Below are positions 13,993 through 25,768 of a stretch of 64,000 nt of DNA, piece by piece (within the stretch, counting starts at the first letter, position 1; every line of letters begins with the position of its first letter). The notes under the pieces are model-generated. The model searched no databases. It saw only the letters and a list, made by a program, of their open reading frames with translations, and was not told the DNA's origin. Made by a program: the position numbers and the translations under genes. Origin of the DNA: Octopus sinensis (Eukaryota); NCBI RefSeq assembly GCF_006345805.1, contig NC_043003.1:33480001-33544000 (forward strand), read 5' to 3'.

Positions 13993-14294
13993 AAATTAAT
14001 TATGGTGGGTTTTTTTTATATGCTAGCCTCTGATATAATCATTTTGATTATTATATCCTCAAGTTATTAGTATATGTATGAAATGTATGTGAATGTATGT
14101 ATGTATGTATGTATGTATATATGTATGTATGGATGGATGGATGGATGGATGGATGTATATATATAAATGTCGGATGTAAAAGTAAAAGAATGACACCTGC
14201 GTTTGATTCCATTTATATATATATATACATCATGGAGATGTACTTGCATAGCAAGTGACCTGATCAGAGATCGTGTGCTGGAACGAAAACAATT

Positions 14295-14498
14295 GCTGCG
14301 TAGTAGGTGTTTATAAGCCATTTAAGAAACACACAAAATCCGTTCGATTCACTTCAACATTTATATTTAATTTGTTAAAAATTTCGTGCTGCGGTCTCAA
14401 AGCGTCGAAAATATTTTGACAAATCAAATTTTAATGTTGAAGTGAATTTAACGGATTTTATGTGTTTCTTAAATGGCTTATAAACACCTTCCACGCTG

Positions 14499-14499
<1 letters not shown>
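14295..14499. mobile_element. Palindromic non-autonomous element (~85-bp arms), right arm ending at the (TA)n before the array
   Basis: AGGTGTTTATAAGCCATTTAAGAAACAC ... GTGTTTCTTAAATGGCTTATAAACACCT. Confidence 0.85.
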
Positions 14500-14532
<33 letters not shown>

Positions 14533-14680
14533 TATATATAGAGGGCATTATACATACATGCCAGGAGGCATTCTACATACACGCGCCATACGCTAAGAGG
14601 GACAATCAGTCATTTCTACCAAAAATATTACTAATCCCACCGAATGGCAATTTTTCAAAGAAAGACATTTAAAAATATAT

Positions 14681-14728
14681 AGACCTGTATCACAGTGATT
14701 TCATACTTACGTAATCATCAGCAGGCCT
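14681..14728 (-). ncRNA. Type I hammerhead ribozyme motif, copy L1
   Basis: Reverse complement AGGCCUG CUGAUGA UUAC GUAA GUAU GAAA UCACUGUGA UA CAGGUCU; predicted cut between 14688 and 14687. Confidence 0.75.
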
Positions 14729-15167
14729 GAATATACTATAAATAAACAACGACGACCCTGCTTCGCTTAAGCCGATCAGCTAACTGATCAACATCAACGA
14801 AGCACATGGGTTGGTTTATATATACTATATCCGGATGAATGGCAAACTTTTACGAATTGCATTTCGGGAGAGGAAAAGTTTTTTCGGAATAAAAATTTAG
14901 CAATTAAGGACAACTACTTAATAAGGAAAACTTAACAAGAAATTGTCAGGTAGATAGCGTAAAAACCTCATAAGAGAAAAAATTTCGAAAATAATTATTT
15001 CTTATTGAACATATTAATTTATATATAGAGGGCATTATACATACATGCCAGGAGGCATTCTACATACACGCCGCCATACGCTAAGAGGGACAATCAGTCA
15101 TTTCTACCAAAAATATTACTAATCCCACCGAATGCAATTTTTCAAAGAAAGACATTTAAAAATATAT

Positions 15168-15215
15168 AGACCTGTATCACAGTGATTTCATACTTACGTA
15201 ATCATCAGCAGGCCT
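15168..15215 (-). ncRNA. Type I hammerhead ribozyme motif, copy L2
   Basis: Same 48-nt motif as L1. Confidence 0.75.
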
Positions 15216-15644
15216 GAATATACTATAAATAAACAACGACCCTGCTTCGCTTAAGCCGATCAGCTAACTGATCAACATCAACGAAGCACATGGTTGGTTT
15301 ATATATACTATATCCGGATGAATGGCAAACTTTTACGAATTGCATTTCGGGAGAGGAAAAGTTTTTTCGGAATAAAAATTAGCAATAAGGACAACTACTT
15401 AATAAGGAAAACTTAACAAGAAATTGTCAGGTAGATAGCGTAAAAACCTCATAAGAGAAAAAATTTCGAAAATAATTATTTCTTATTGAACATATTAATT
15501 TATATATAGAGGGCATTATACATACATGCCAGGAGGCATTCTACATACACCATACCTAAGAGGGACAACATCAGTCCATTTCTACACAAAAATATTACTA
15601 ATCCCACCGAATGCAATTTTTCAAAGAAAGACATTTAAAATATT

Positions 15645-15692
15645 AGACCTGTATCACAGTGATTTCATACTTACGTAATCATCAGCAGGCCT
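15645..15692 (-). ncRNA. Type I hammerhead ribozyme motif, copy L3
   Basis: Same 48-nt motif as L1. Confidence 0.75.
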
Positions 15693-16119
15693 GAATACTA
15701 TAAATAAACAACGACCCTGCTTCGCTTAAGCCGATCAGCTAACTGATCAACATCAACGAAGCACATGGGTTGGTTTATATATACTATATCCGGATGAATG
15801 GCAAACTTTTACGAATTGCATTTCGGGAGAGAAAAGTTTTTTCGGAATAAAAATTTAGCAATTAAGGACAACTACTTAATAAGGAAAACTTAACAAGAAA
15901 TTGTCAGGTAGATAGCGTAAAAACCTCATAAGAGAAAAAATTTCGAAAATAATTATTTCTTATTGAACATATTAATTTATATATAGAGGGCATTATACAT
16001 ACATGCCAGGAGGCATTCTACATACACGCCATACGCTAAGAGGGAATCAATCATTTCTACAAAAATATTACTAATCCCACCGAATGCAATTTTTCAAAGA
16101 AAGACATTTAAAAATATAT

Positions 16120-16167
16120 AGACCTGTATCACAGTGATTTCATACTTACGTAATCATCAGCAGGCCT
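16120..16167 (-). ncRNA. Type I hammerhead ribozyme motif, copy L4
   Basis: Same 48-nt motif as L1. Confidence 0.75.
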
Positions 16168-16839
16168 GAATATACTATAAATAAACAACGACCCTGCTTC
16201 GCTTAAGCCGATCAGCTAACTGATCAACATCAACGAAGCACATGGGTTGGTTTATATATACTATATCCGGATGAATGGCAAACTTTTACGAATTGCATTT
16301 CGGGAGAGGAAAAGTTTTTTCGGAATAAAAATTTAGCAATTAAGGACAACTACTTAATAAGGAAAACTTAACAAGAATTGTCAGGTAGATAGCGTAAAAA
16401 CCTCATAGAGAAAAAATTTCGAAAATAATTATTTCTTATTGAACATATTAATTTATATATAGAGGGCATTATACATACATGCCAGGAGGCATTCTACATA
16501 CACGCCATATACGCTAAGAGAATGTAGAATGCCTCCTGGCATGTATGTATAATGCCCTCTATATATAATTAATATGTTCAATAAGAATAATTATTTTCGA
16601 AATTTTTTCTCTTATGAGTTTTTACGCTATCTACCTGACAATTTCTTGTTAAGTTTTCCTTATTAAGTAGTTGTCCTTAATTGCTAAATTTTTATTCCGA
16701 AAAAACTTTTCTCTCCCGAAATGCAATTCGTAAAAGTTTGCCATTCATCCGGATATAGTATATATAAACCAACCCATGTGCTTCGTTGATGTTGATCAGC
16801 TTAAGCGAAGCAGGGGCGTTGTTTATTTATATTATATTC

Positions 16840-16887
16840 AGGCCTGCTGATGATTACGTAAGTATGAAATCACTGTGATACAGGTCT
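16840..16887 (+). ncRNA. Type I hammerhead ribozyme motif, copy R1
   Basis: AGGCCTG CTGATGA TTACGTAAGTAT GAAA TCACTGTGATA CAGGTCT; predicted cut after 16880. Confidence 0.75.
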
Positions 16888-17316
16888 ATATATTTTTAAA
16901 TGTCTTTCTTTGAAAAATTGCATTCGGTGGGATTATAATATTTTTGGTAGAAATGACTGATTGTCCCTCTTAGCGTATGGCGTGTATGTAGAATGCCTCC
17001 TGGCATGTATGTATAATGCCCTCTATATATAAATTAATATGTTCAATAAGAAATATTATTTTCGAAATTTTTTCTCTTATGAGGTTTTTACGCTATCTAC
17101 CTGACAATTTCTTGTTAAGTTTTCCTATTAAGTAGTTGTCCTTAATTGCTAAATTTTTATTCCGAAAAAACTTTTCCTCTCCCGAAATGCAATTCGTAAA
17201 AGTTTGCCATTCATCCGGATATAGTATATATAAACCAACCCATGTGCTTCGTTGATGTTGATCAGTTAGCTGATCGGCTTAAGCGAAGCAGGGTCGTTGT
17301 TTATTTATAGTATTTC

Positions 17317-17364
17317 AGGCCTGCTGATGATTACGTAAGTATGAAATCACTGTGATACAGGTCT
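17317..17364 (+). ncRNA. Type I hammerhead ribozyme motif, copy R2
   Basis: Same motif; predicted cut after 17357. Confidence 0.75.
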
Positions 17365-17794
17365 ATATATTTTTAAATGTCTTTCTTTGAAAAATTGCAT
17401 TCGTGGGATTAGTATTTTTTTGGTAGAAATGACTGATTGTCCCTCTTAGCGTATGGCGTGTATGTAGAATGCCTCCTGGCATGTATGTATAATGCCCTCT
17501 ATATATAAATTAATATGTTCAATAAGAAATAATTATTTTCGAAATTTTTTCTCTTATGAGGTTTTTACGCTATCTACCTGACAATTTCTTGTTAAGTTTT
17601 CCTATTAAGTAGTTGTCCTTAATTGCTAAATTTTTATTCCGAAAAAACTTTTCCTCTCCCGAAATGCAATTCGTAAAAGTTTGCCATTCATCCGGATATA
17701 TATATATAAAAACCAACCCATGTGCTTCGTTGATGTTGATCAGTTAGCTGATCGGCTTAAGCGAAGCAGGTCGTTGTTTATTTATAGTATATTC

Positions 17795-17842
17795 AGGCCT
17801 GCTGATGATTACGTAAGTATGAAATCACTGTGATACAGGTCT
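17795..17842 (+). ncRNA. Type I hammerhead ribozyme motif, copy R3
   Basis: Same motif; predicted cut after 17835. Confidence 0.75.
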
Positions 17843-18264
17843 ATATATTTTTAAATGTCTTTCTTTGAAAAATTGCATTCGGTGGGATTAGTAATATTTT
17901 TGTAGAAATGACTGATTGTCCCTCTTAGCGTATGGCGTGTATGTAGAATGCCTCCTGGCATGTATGTATAATCCCTCTATATATAAATTAATATGTTCAA
18001 TAAGATATTATTTTCGAAATTTCTCTTATGAGGTTTTTACGCTATCTACCTGACAATTTCTTGTTAAGTTTTCCTTATTAAGTAGTTGTCCTTAATTGCT
18101 AAATTTTTATTCCGAAAAAACTTTTCCTCTCCCGAAATGCAATTCGTAAAAGTTTGCCATTCATCCGGATATGTATATAAAACCAACCCATGTGCTTCGT
18201 TGATGTTGATCATTAGCTGATCGGCTTAAGCGAAGCAGGGTCGTTGTTTATTTATAGTATATTC

Positions 18265-18311
18265 AGGCCTCTGATGATTACGTAAGTATGAAATCACTGT
18301 GATACAGGTCT
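18265..18311 (+). ncRNA. Type I hammerhead ribozyme motif, copy R4 (lacks the core-proximal G of helix I)
   Basis: AGGCCT-CTGATGA; the missing G may be a real mutation or a sequencing indel; predicted cut after 18304. Confidence 0.6.
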
Positions 18312-19187
18312 ATATATTTTTAAATGTCTTTCTTTGAAAAATTGCATTCGGTGGGATTAGTAATATTTTTGGTAGAAATGACTGATTGTCCCTCTTAGCG
18401 TATGGCGTGTATGTAGAATGCCTCCTGGCATGTATGTATAATGCCCTCTATATATAAATTAATATGTTCAATAAGAAATAATATTTTCGAAATTTTTTCT
18501 CTTATGAGGTTTTTACGCTATCTACCTGACAATTTCTTGTTAAGTTTTTCCTTATTAAGTAGTTGTCCTTAATTGCAATATATATATATATATATATATA
18601 TTTCTTGTCGTACACATTCGAAAGACACCTGTTGTTATTCTCTTGTTGCCTGTATTTGTAATCGTGTAACATTTTCTCCGTTTTCTCATTTTTTTTCTTT
18701 TCTATGATGTCAGACCCATTCACTCGTTTTCTACCAAAATTTAACACCCTTATCTTAGATTTTTGGGCCCTACCAATTTTAAACAATCTCAGGTGTAATA
18801 GGCCGAAACTGTAATGATAATTGCAAGTTTGACTGATAAACAGACAGCTACGAATGATCCGTCCTGGTTTTTCCTGTCCGTCTTTCTATCGTCTATCCAT
18901 CCGTGTATTTTTATTGTCGTCCGTTACGTTCTTATTCGTTTTTTTTTATATATACATGTAGCAGCATACGTACACCTTTTATATATATATATATATATTA
19001 TGTGTGTGTGTGTGCGCGTGTGTGAGTGTACGTCTGTGAGTATAGTTATGGTATATTCTTTTAAGAACATAGTAGAGTACAGTATAAAGCTATTCCACCT
19101 TCAAAACTACCCTGTGCTATCCAGTAGTACTATCATACGTACTTCCAGGTTTGAGTTTCGGCATCACTCGTGTGTGAATAGGTAATT

Positions 19188-19842
19188 GTTGGACATTTAT
19201 TTTTTAACCAATACAATTGTTTCCAGGCAACGTAGTTCTCCAGGTGTGCAGGAAATTTATCATGCAGCCGTTTCCCTGCATCAGAAGATCTAGTGTTTCC
19301 TCAGGTGATATGTAAATATTGTCTCCGTAAGTTTTAAATACTTGGCTTCAATAACATCCGTCTCTCTGTCGTGACCTGAAGTTAGTAGTAGTCACTGTGC
19401 TTATCAGGATATTTTGTTGCTGAACTGCCTTTAGCAACGTGCTTTGAATTTGTAGATGTAGTGGAATGGTAAACGTGACTGCCGTTTTAAAGGGATTGGT
19501 ATTTTATTTCAAATCAGCAGTACAACAGAAATGAAATATCAATCCCTTTAAAACGGCAACCACTTTAACAGCACTAGAATCCCATTTCACTACATCTACA
19601 CATTCACAGCACTTTGCCAACGGCCGTTCATTGACAGCTACTAAATTTAGGCAACGGCAGACAGATAGGATATTCATAAAGCCAAGGATTTTAAACTTAC
19701 GGAGACAACATTTACATATCGTCTAAGGAAACATAGCTAGATTTCATAATGCAAGGAAACAATTGCATAATTAAGTACCTGCACACCTGGAGACCTACAT
19801 TGCCTGGAAATACTTGTAGTGATTAAAAATTAAATGTCCAAC
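19188..19842. mobile_element. Old ~650-bp fully palindromic fold-back element
   Basis: GTTGGACATTT...TTTCCAGGCAACGTAGTTCTCCAGGTGTGCAGG mirrored by CCTGCACACCTGGAGACCTACATTGCCTGGAAA...AAATGTCCAAC; inner arms TTTTAAAGGGATTG / CAATCCCTTTAAAA. Confidence 0.85.
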
Positions 19843-20041
19843 CGTACCGCTTCATTTTGCACTCCAATGTTTTCAATTATATGTATGTATATATGTATGC
19901 GTCAATGTATGTATATATGTATGTATGTATATATATGCATATACATATATGCATATATATATATATATACGTGTATATATACATATATATCTATCTATCT
20001 ATATATATATATATATGTATATAGATATATCTATATATGCA

Positions 20042-20096
<55 letters not shown>

Positions 20097-20173
20097 ATAT
20101 ATAATATATATATATATATCGGTAGATAGACAGGCAGACCGACAAACAGACAAATAGATAGATAGATACATAG

Positions 20174-20205
<32 letters not shown>

Positions 20206-20707
20206 AAAGCAAACAAGTAACAAGAATGTCCAAGTATTAGTACATTACGACCGTTTCAAATGGCTCCATATAATCGCACAATGGAAACATTACATCAATT
20301 TGAAATAAACCGCTCTCCCCGGACGCAGACGAACGTATAGACTTTCAGCATACAGGATACTCCATTATAAGTTTTTAGCAAATTTTTCACCTGAGACAAA
20401 AATACATTATTTCATTTTGCTATTATTGTAGTAGAATGAATTTAGGGTAAGAATACCTAAAGCGTACTATAATCTAGAGTGGCAGAAGGAAATAATGGGG
20501 GTGTCAATAAAGAGGAATGGTGATATAGCTACATTCATATTTATCCTTATCACATTCAACAAACCCAATGTATCAAGCAGTCTACATCCCCTTAGAATCA
20601 AACCATTGGAAAATGACAGTTAAACTCTTGTTGTCGGTGAAAAATTAATTCATTAGAAAATTACTAATTTTAGATCTCACAACGTGAGATATTCATCAAC
20701 AGTACTT

Positions 20708-21237
20708 TGTAGTAAATATTTTTTGTCAACATAACACGGCAGTCCTGGTTTAGGATTAATGTTGTTGTAATTTAGCCCCAGGAGACATCGTCTCCAGCTG
20801 GCTATACGACCCGATCTGTGTCCTTATAGTTTCGAACAAGGGAATCTAGCACCCCTACTCAGTTCAAAACAATATCTTTACTATAAAGTACTGTTGCTGA
20901 ATATTTCACGTTGTGACATTTAAAAATAGTAATTTTCTAGTTAATAAATCAGTGACTAGTTGTCACTTTGAAAACTATATATCTCGAACGGGAATTTGGC
21001 AGCGCCATCTCTAGCCGAACAATATTCTGTGCTGATACAGAGAAATAAACCAGAAATCATGATACACAGATATTGTCTTGAGCTCAGTGGGGGTGCTAGA
21101 TTCCCTTGTTCTAAAATATAAGGGCACAGATCGTGGCGTACAGCCAGCTGGAGACGATGACTCCTGGGGCTAAATTACAGCAACATTAGTCCTAAACCAG
21201 GATTGCCATGTTATGTTGGCAAACAATCTTTACTACA
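20708..21237. mobile_element. MITE with ~170-bp TIRs
   Basis: TTTAGCCCCAGGAGACATCGTCTCCAGCTGGCT mirrored by AGCCAGCTGGAGACGATGACTCCTGGGGCTAAA. Confidence 0.88.
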
Positions 21238-21511
21238 ACAAATTAATTCATGTCGTACCTACCCCTATTTCACTATGGCCATAAAATCAACCATACCTAC
21301 CTAAAAGAATATATCTCAAAAGATGCTAGGAAGATAATCATATAAAGGTGAGGTGATAACCAGAAAGAGGAGGGGCAGGGGTGGCTTATCATATTACTAT
21401 TATCAACTTAGAGGGTATTACAGTGGGGAAAAGGACACATTGAGTTCTAAGCGTGGAAATTAGGAATACGGGGAAAAATTTTGAAGTGGATTTATATATG
21501 TATATATATAT

Positions 21512-21681
21512 TGGTACAGATGTGTCTCTTTGGTAAAAAGCTTGCTTCACAACCACATGGTTCTCGGTTCAGTCCTACTACGTAGCACCTTGGGCAAGTG
21601 TCATCTACTATAACCTTGGGCCGACTAAAGCTTTGTGGGTGGATTTGGTAGACGGAAACTGAAAGAAGCCCGTCGTATATA

Positions 21682-21774
<93 letters not shown>

Positions 21775-21935
21775 ATATATACATGTGTATGCTGGTGTGT
21801 TTACGTCCCCCGTAAGCTAGCGGTTCGGCAAAAGAGGCTTATAAAATAAGCACTAGGCTTACAAAGAATAAGTCCTGGGATCAATTTGTTCGACTAAAGG
21901 CGGTATTCCAGCATAGTCGCAGTCAAATATATACA
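21512..21935 (+). mobile_element. tRNA-derived SINE family B with internal (TA)/(TG) microsatellite
   Basis: TTGGGCAAGTGTC...GGATTTGGTAGACGGAAACTGAAAGAAGCCCGTCG; related copies at 33245-33640 (+) and 53784-54165 (-). Confidence 0.85.
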
Positions 21936-22007
21936 TACACATATGTGTGTGTATTCTTTTATTCTTTTATTATCTATACTTACACACCGCCAGTATTTTA
22001 GAGAGTC

Positions 22008-22080
22008 TGTCGTGTCCAGGATTCACACCTGGCTTTACCAAGTCCACAGCGTGGGCTCCTAACCATTAGCCGATCACGGT
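22008..22080 (-). pseudogene. Degenerate tRNA-His(GUG)-like sequence
   Basis: - strand ACCGTGATCGGCTAATGGTTAGGAGCCCACGCTGTGGACTTGGTAAAGCCAGGTGTGAATCCTGGACACGACA; anticodon loop CTGTGGA; intact T stem CCAGG/CCTGG; damaged acceptor stem and T loop. Confidence 0.5.
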
Positions 22081-23276
22081 AAACATACACATGTATGTGT
22101 GCGTTTATATATAATTGTAAGTCGATATCATTTTGGTGTACCATCGTTTAAACTCAAAATGAAATTAAGGTGTTTAATTTTTAAAATAATTGCATTGGAG
22201 GAAAAATATGTTGTATGGTTTTATGATGTCGATTGAAGTGAAATCATTCAAACCGGGAAGTGAAATAACCTCGCATAGCATATTACAAGGACTTTTTATA
22301 ATGTGCCTCATTACATCTGTTTTTCTCAGAATTTGCACCGATCAAACTGATTTTCTTTTTTTTCATATATTTTCCTTACTGAATTTATTTTTATTTCTTT
22401 GTACTTTAACATTTTACTTCGTTCTTTTTTCTCTTGTCATTTCTCAGGTTTTGTAGTCTTTGTAGCTGATTTTCTTTATTAAACAACTCGCCTAAATTAT
22501 TCAAATGCATCTCAGTAGATTATAATGAATGAAATGTGAAGAAGAAAAATACGATTTTCTATTCTCTGGAATTGTAAGTTGGATTCAGATGTTTAAATTT
22601 CGAAATTGATTTTGACACTTCACAAAATTATTGGAAGTGTAAATGAGAATAATTTTTTGTAATTTATTTTTTTTAACCCAAATTTTATAATTTTCTTCGA
22701 ATTGGATTTTAGCTACTTTGCATTTGATTTTTTTTTTCTTTTGTTACCGTTTCACATTCACATTTCCGTATACTTTTCTTTTCTAAATTTGGTATATTTC
22801 TATTATTTTTGCGTATCACTTTCAATAAAAAAAAAAAGCTCAGCTGGTGTATATTTATTAAAGGTGTGAAGTTTTACTTTTTCATTATTGTCTCCTCTTT
22901 GGAATGTCTTTATAGCACTAGTTTATTGTGTATAAGTATCTAGCTACAGAATACTATTTTGCTTTCATATCTCAAGGACATTTATCACGAATTCATGCAC
23001 TAACATTTGTCTACTTACAAAGAAATTTACTGCTTCTTAGTTTGAGACGTTTCTACTATTTCATTGTTGCTGATAGAAAATAAATAATGCAGAATAAAAA
23101 TATTTTCCTAGATCAAAACGTAAAAAAGCACACCAAAAAATTTCAACACAGCAATTTGCGATTACTTTAATGCTTTCTTATGAAAAAAAAAAAAACTAGA
23201 AATCCGATTACTGCTGATTAAAAAGAGATAATAACTTCTTAGATATTTTTCTTTGCTTCCATAGCTTTTCTTTGAT

Positions 23277-23315
<39 letters not shown>

Positions 23316-25059
23316 GTATGCACAAACATACACCCATTCCCATGCACACATGCACATACAAGCATATATGCATATATGCGTACGCTTTCTTATCCATTCA
23401 AACATTCAAACACATGTACACACGCGCACACATACAGTCACTCAGAGACACATACATGCGCTAGTACACACATTTACACACACGCACACACACATCGCAT
23501 GCAGAACAGAAAACAGATGTGAGGAATTTTCGGTGGATGGAGCCCTCGATTAAGATTCTATTCCTGTTGATGGAAAGGTCTGATCTCTTATAATGTTAAC
23601 CAAGCACCTGTTATTTGTATTGTATTTTGAAGTGATGGATACAGCGTAACTATTTTTGTATTTATGGTTAACTGTTCTTTATCGTCATTATTGTGGTTGC
23701 TAAGGTAGCGAGCTAGCAGTATCTAATTTCCAGTTACTGATGGTCTGGTACTTTCAATAAATTGTACTAATTTAAACTAATGAACATGTACCTGTATTTC
23801 ATTTAATTACTTACAAATCTTTAATATTTGTTTCATTTAGAGTGATTTCAGCAAGGTGATCACCCTTCGTTTGGCAAAAAATAGTTAATCCAAAACTATT
23901 TCTAAACCGAAATTTCCAGAATATCAATGTTTGTACATTCTCAAATGGTTCCCTAGGCAAATTGGTTTTCATCCCTTGTGTCCATAAAAGAATGGATTCG
24001 GTCCAATTGTATCAATTAACTCTCGTTTTCAATTTTCAGGGCTTATGTCTGCAAAACGTCATTGTTTTGTGCGTTATGGCTGTGTCTGTTGTTGTTATTA
24101 TGGATACTGTTATGCCTATAATATTTTCATTATTGGTACGGTGATTATTATCATTGGTGTAAATGTATTTGCTGATAACATTGTTACCTTATTTTTCCCT
24201 AGATTTTTAGCGAAGAATTTTTCAATTTTAGGCAGACAAAAATCTTAAACTTAAAACGGCGTATTTCGGTAGTAATTTATAAACGGCTATTTCATTTACG
24301 GTTAGTTGCATCACACCACATATTATCAGGCAATGTTGTTTCTTTCTGTGTCTGGGAAGTCTGTAGTTGACCATAATTCTATCAATTCTGTCTGAGTACT
24401 TACCCTTCCTTCTGTTTAGCTATTGTTACCGCGGACGTTTTTTCCGCTGTTGTTTCATCCATTTTAATTTGTTATTGACGTGCTGCTTGAAAGTCTGTTC
24501 CATGTTCCGGTGCACCTGCTTCATAACATCCAAGGCTGATGCAGTCTCTGTAACTACTTCTCTCTCTCTCTCTCTCACTCTTTCTCTCTCTCAATGAGTT
24601 TATTCCATATGAAGGGAGATCTTTCGTTTTCCCCACTAAATGATTAATATGCGAATTTTTATCTTTATATTCAAATCGCATTGTTCGCTTCCATTCTCCA
24701 GTTGCTACTTTTATGACGTTGAGAACTTACAGCCCACTCGATAGTCTTGGGACACTGTCTGGAGATATCAATTTCTTTTCTTTTTTTTTAAGGGAAGAGA
24801 GCAGAATAGCTTTTTTTTCACCGTCTTGCTAGCATGATTAACGTGTAGGATATTTCCAGTTCGTATATGGTTTGGAAGATTCTTGACGTAAAATCGTAAA
24901 CAGAGTTTCTTATATTTTGGGTGGGTCATTTTGTCAATAGCAAGGTAAGTACTGTTCCTAATTAAATTCATTTTATTGTTAGTCATCACGGTAAGGCGGC
25001 AAGCTGGCAAAAACGTTAGCTCGCCGGGCGAAATGCTCAACGGTATTTCGTTTGTTTTA

Positions 25060-25126
<67 letters not shown>

Positions 25127-25142
25127 TATTATATATATATAT

Positions 25143-25189
<47 letters not shown>

Positions 25190-25328
25190 TATATATATAT
25201 ACACACACTCACATATATATATACACACACACATATATATACACACACACACATATATATATATACACACATATATATATATATACACACACACATATAT
25301 ATATACACACGCGCACATATATATATAT

Positions 25329-25383
<55 letters not shown>

Positions 25384-25737
25384 TATATATATGTATATAT
25401 ATATATACATATAAATACATATATATATTCACGCATTGAGTAAAAACAGGGGCAGCTGAAGAAGGGGAATATCCTTTGTGTTGGTTGTCTTGTACTCTGT
25501 TTCCTTGTTTGGTTTCATGTTTTCCTTTCTCGTTGTGTTCTACGTTTATTTGTGGTGTCCTGTACCCATATATGCATGTATATATACATATAGATGTAGG
25601 TATGTACATATATAGATGTAGGTATGCATATTTTTTATTTATTATATTGTTCATATATATACACACACACACATATATATATATATACATACATATGTAT
25701 ACAGATATATATACATATATACGCATACACACACACG

Positions 25738-25768
<31 letters not shown>

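Larger units (their letters stand above)
14529..18577. repeat. Hammerhead-bearing tandem array (retrozyme or ribozyme-satellite-like), ~478-bp unit, arranged as a head-to-head palindrome
   Basis: GAGGGC unit marker at 14541, 15028, 15509, 15986 and 16462; inversion at ~16499-16522; reverse marker at 16554, 17018, 17494, ~17972 and 18443; flanked by (TA)n on both sides. Confidence 0.95.

Noticed and set aside
14529-18577. CRISPR-like or protein-coding repeat interpretation of the array
   Set aside because: No unique spacers, the unit is ~478 bp, there is no long ORF, and the context is eukaryotic
24404-24462. Minus-strand first-exon candidate MDETTAEKTSAVTIAKQKE with GTAAGT donor
   Set aside because: No downstream exons or homology; the donor motif is frequent by chance
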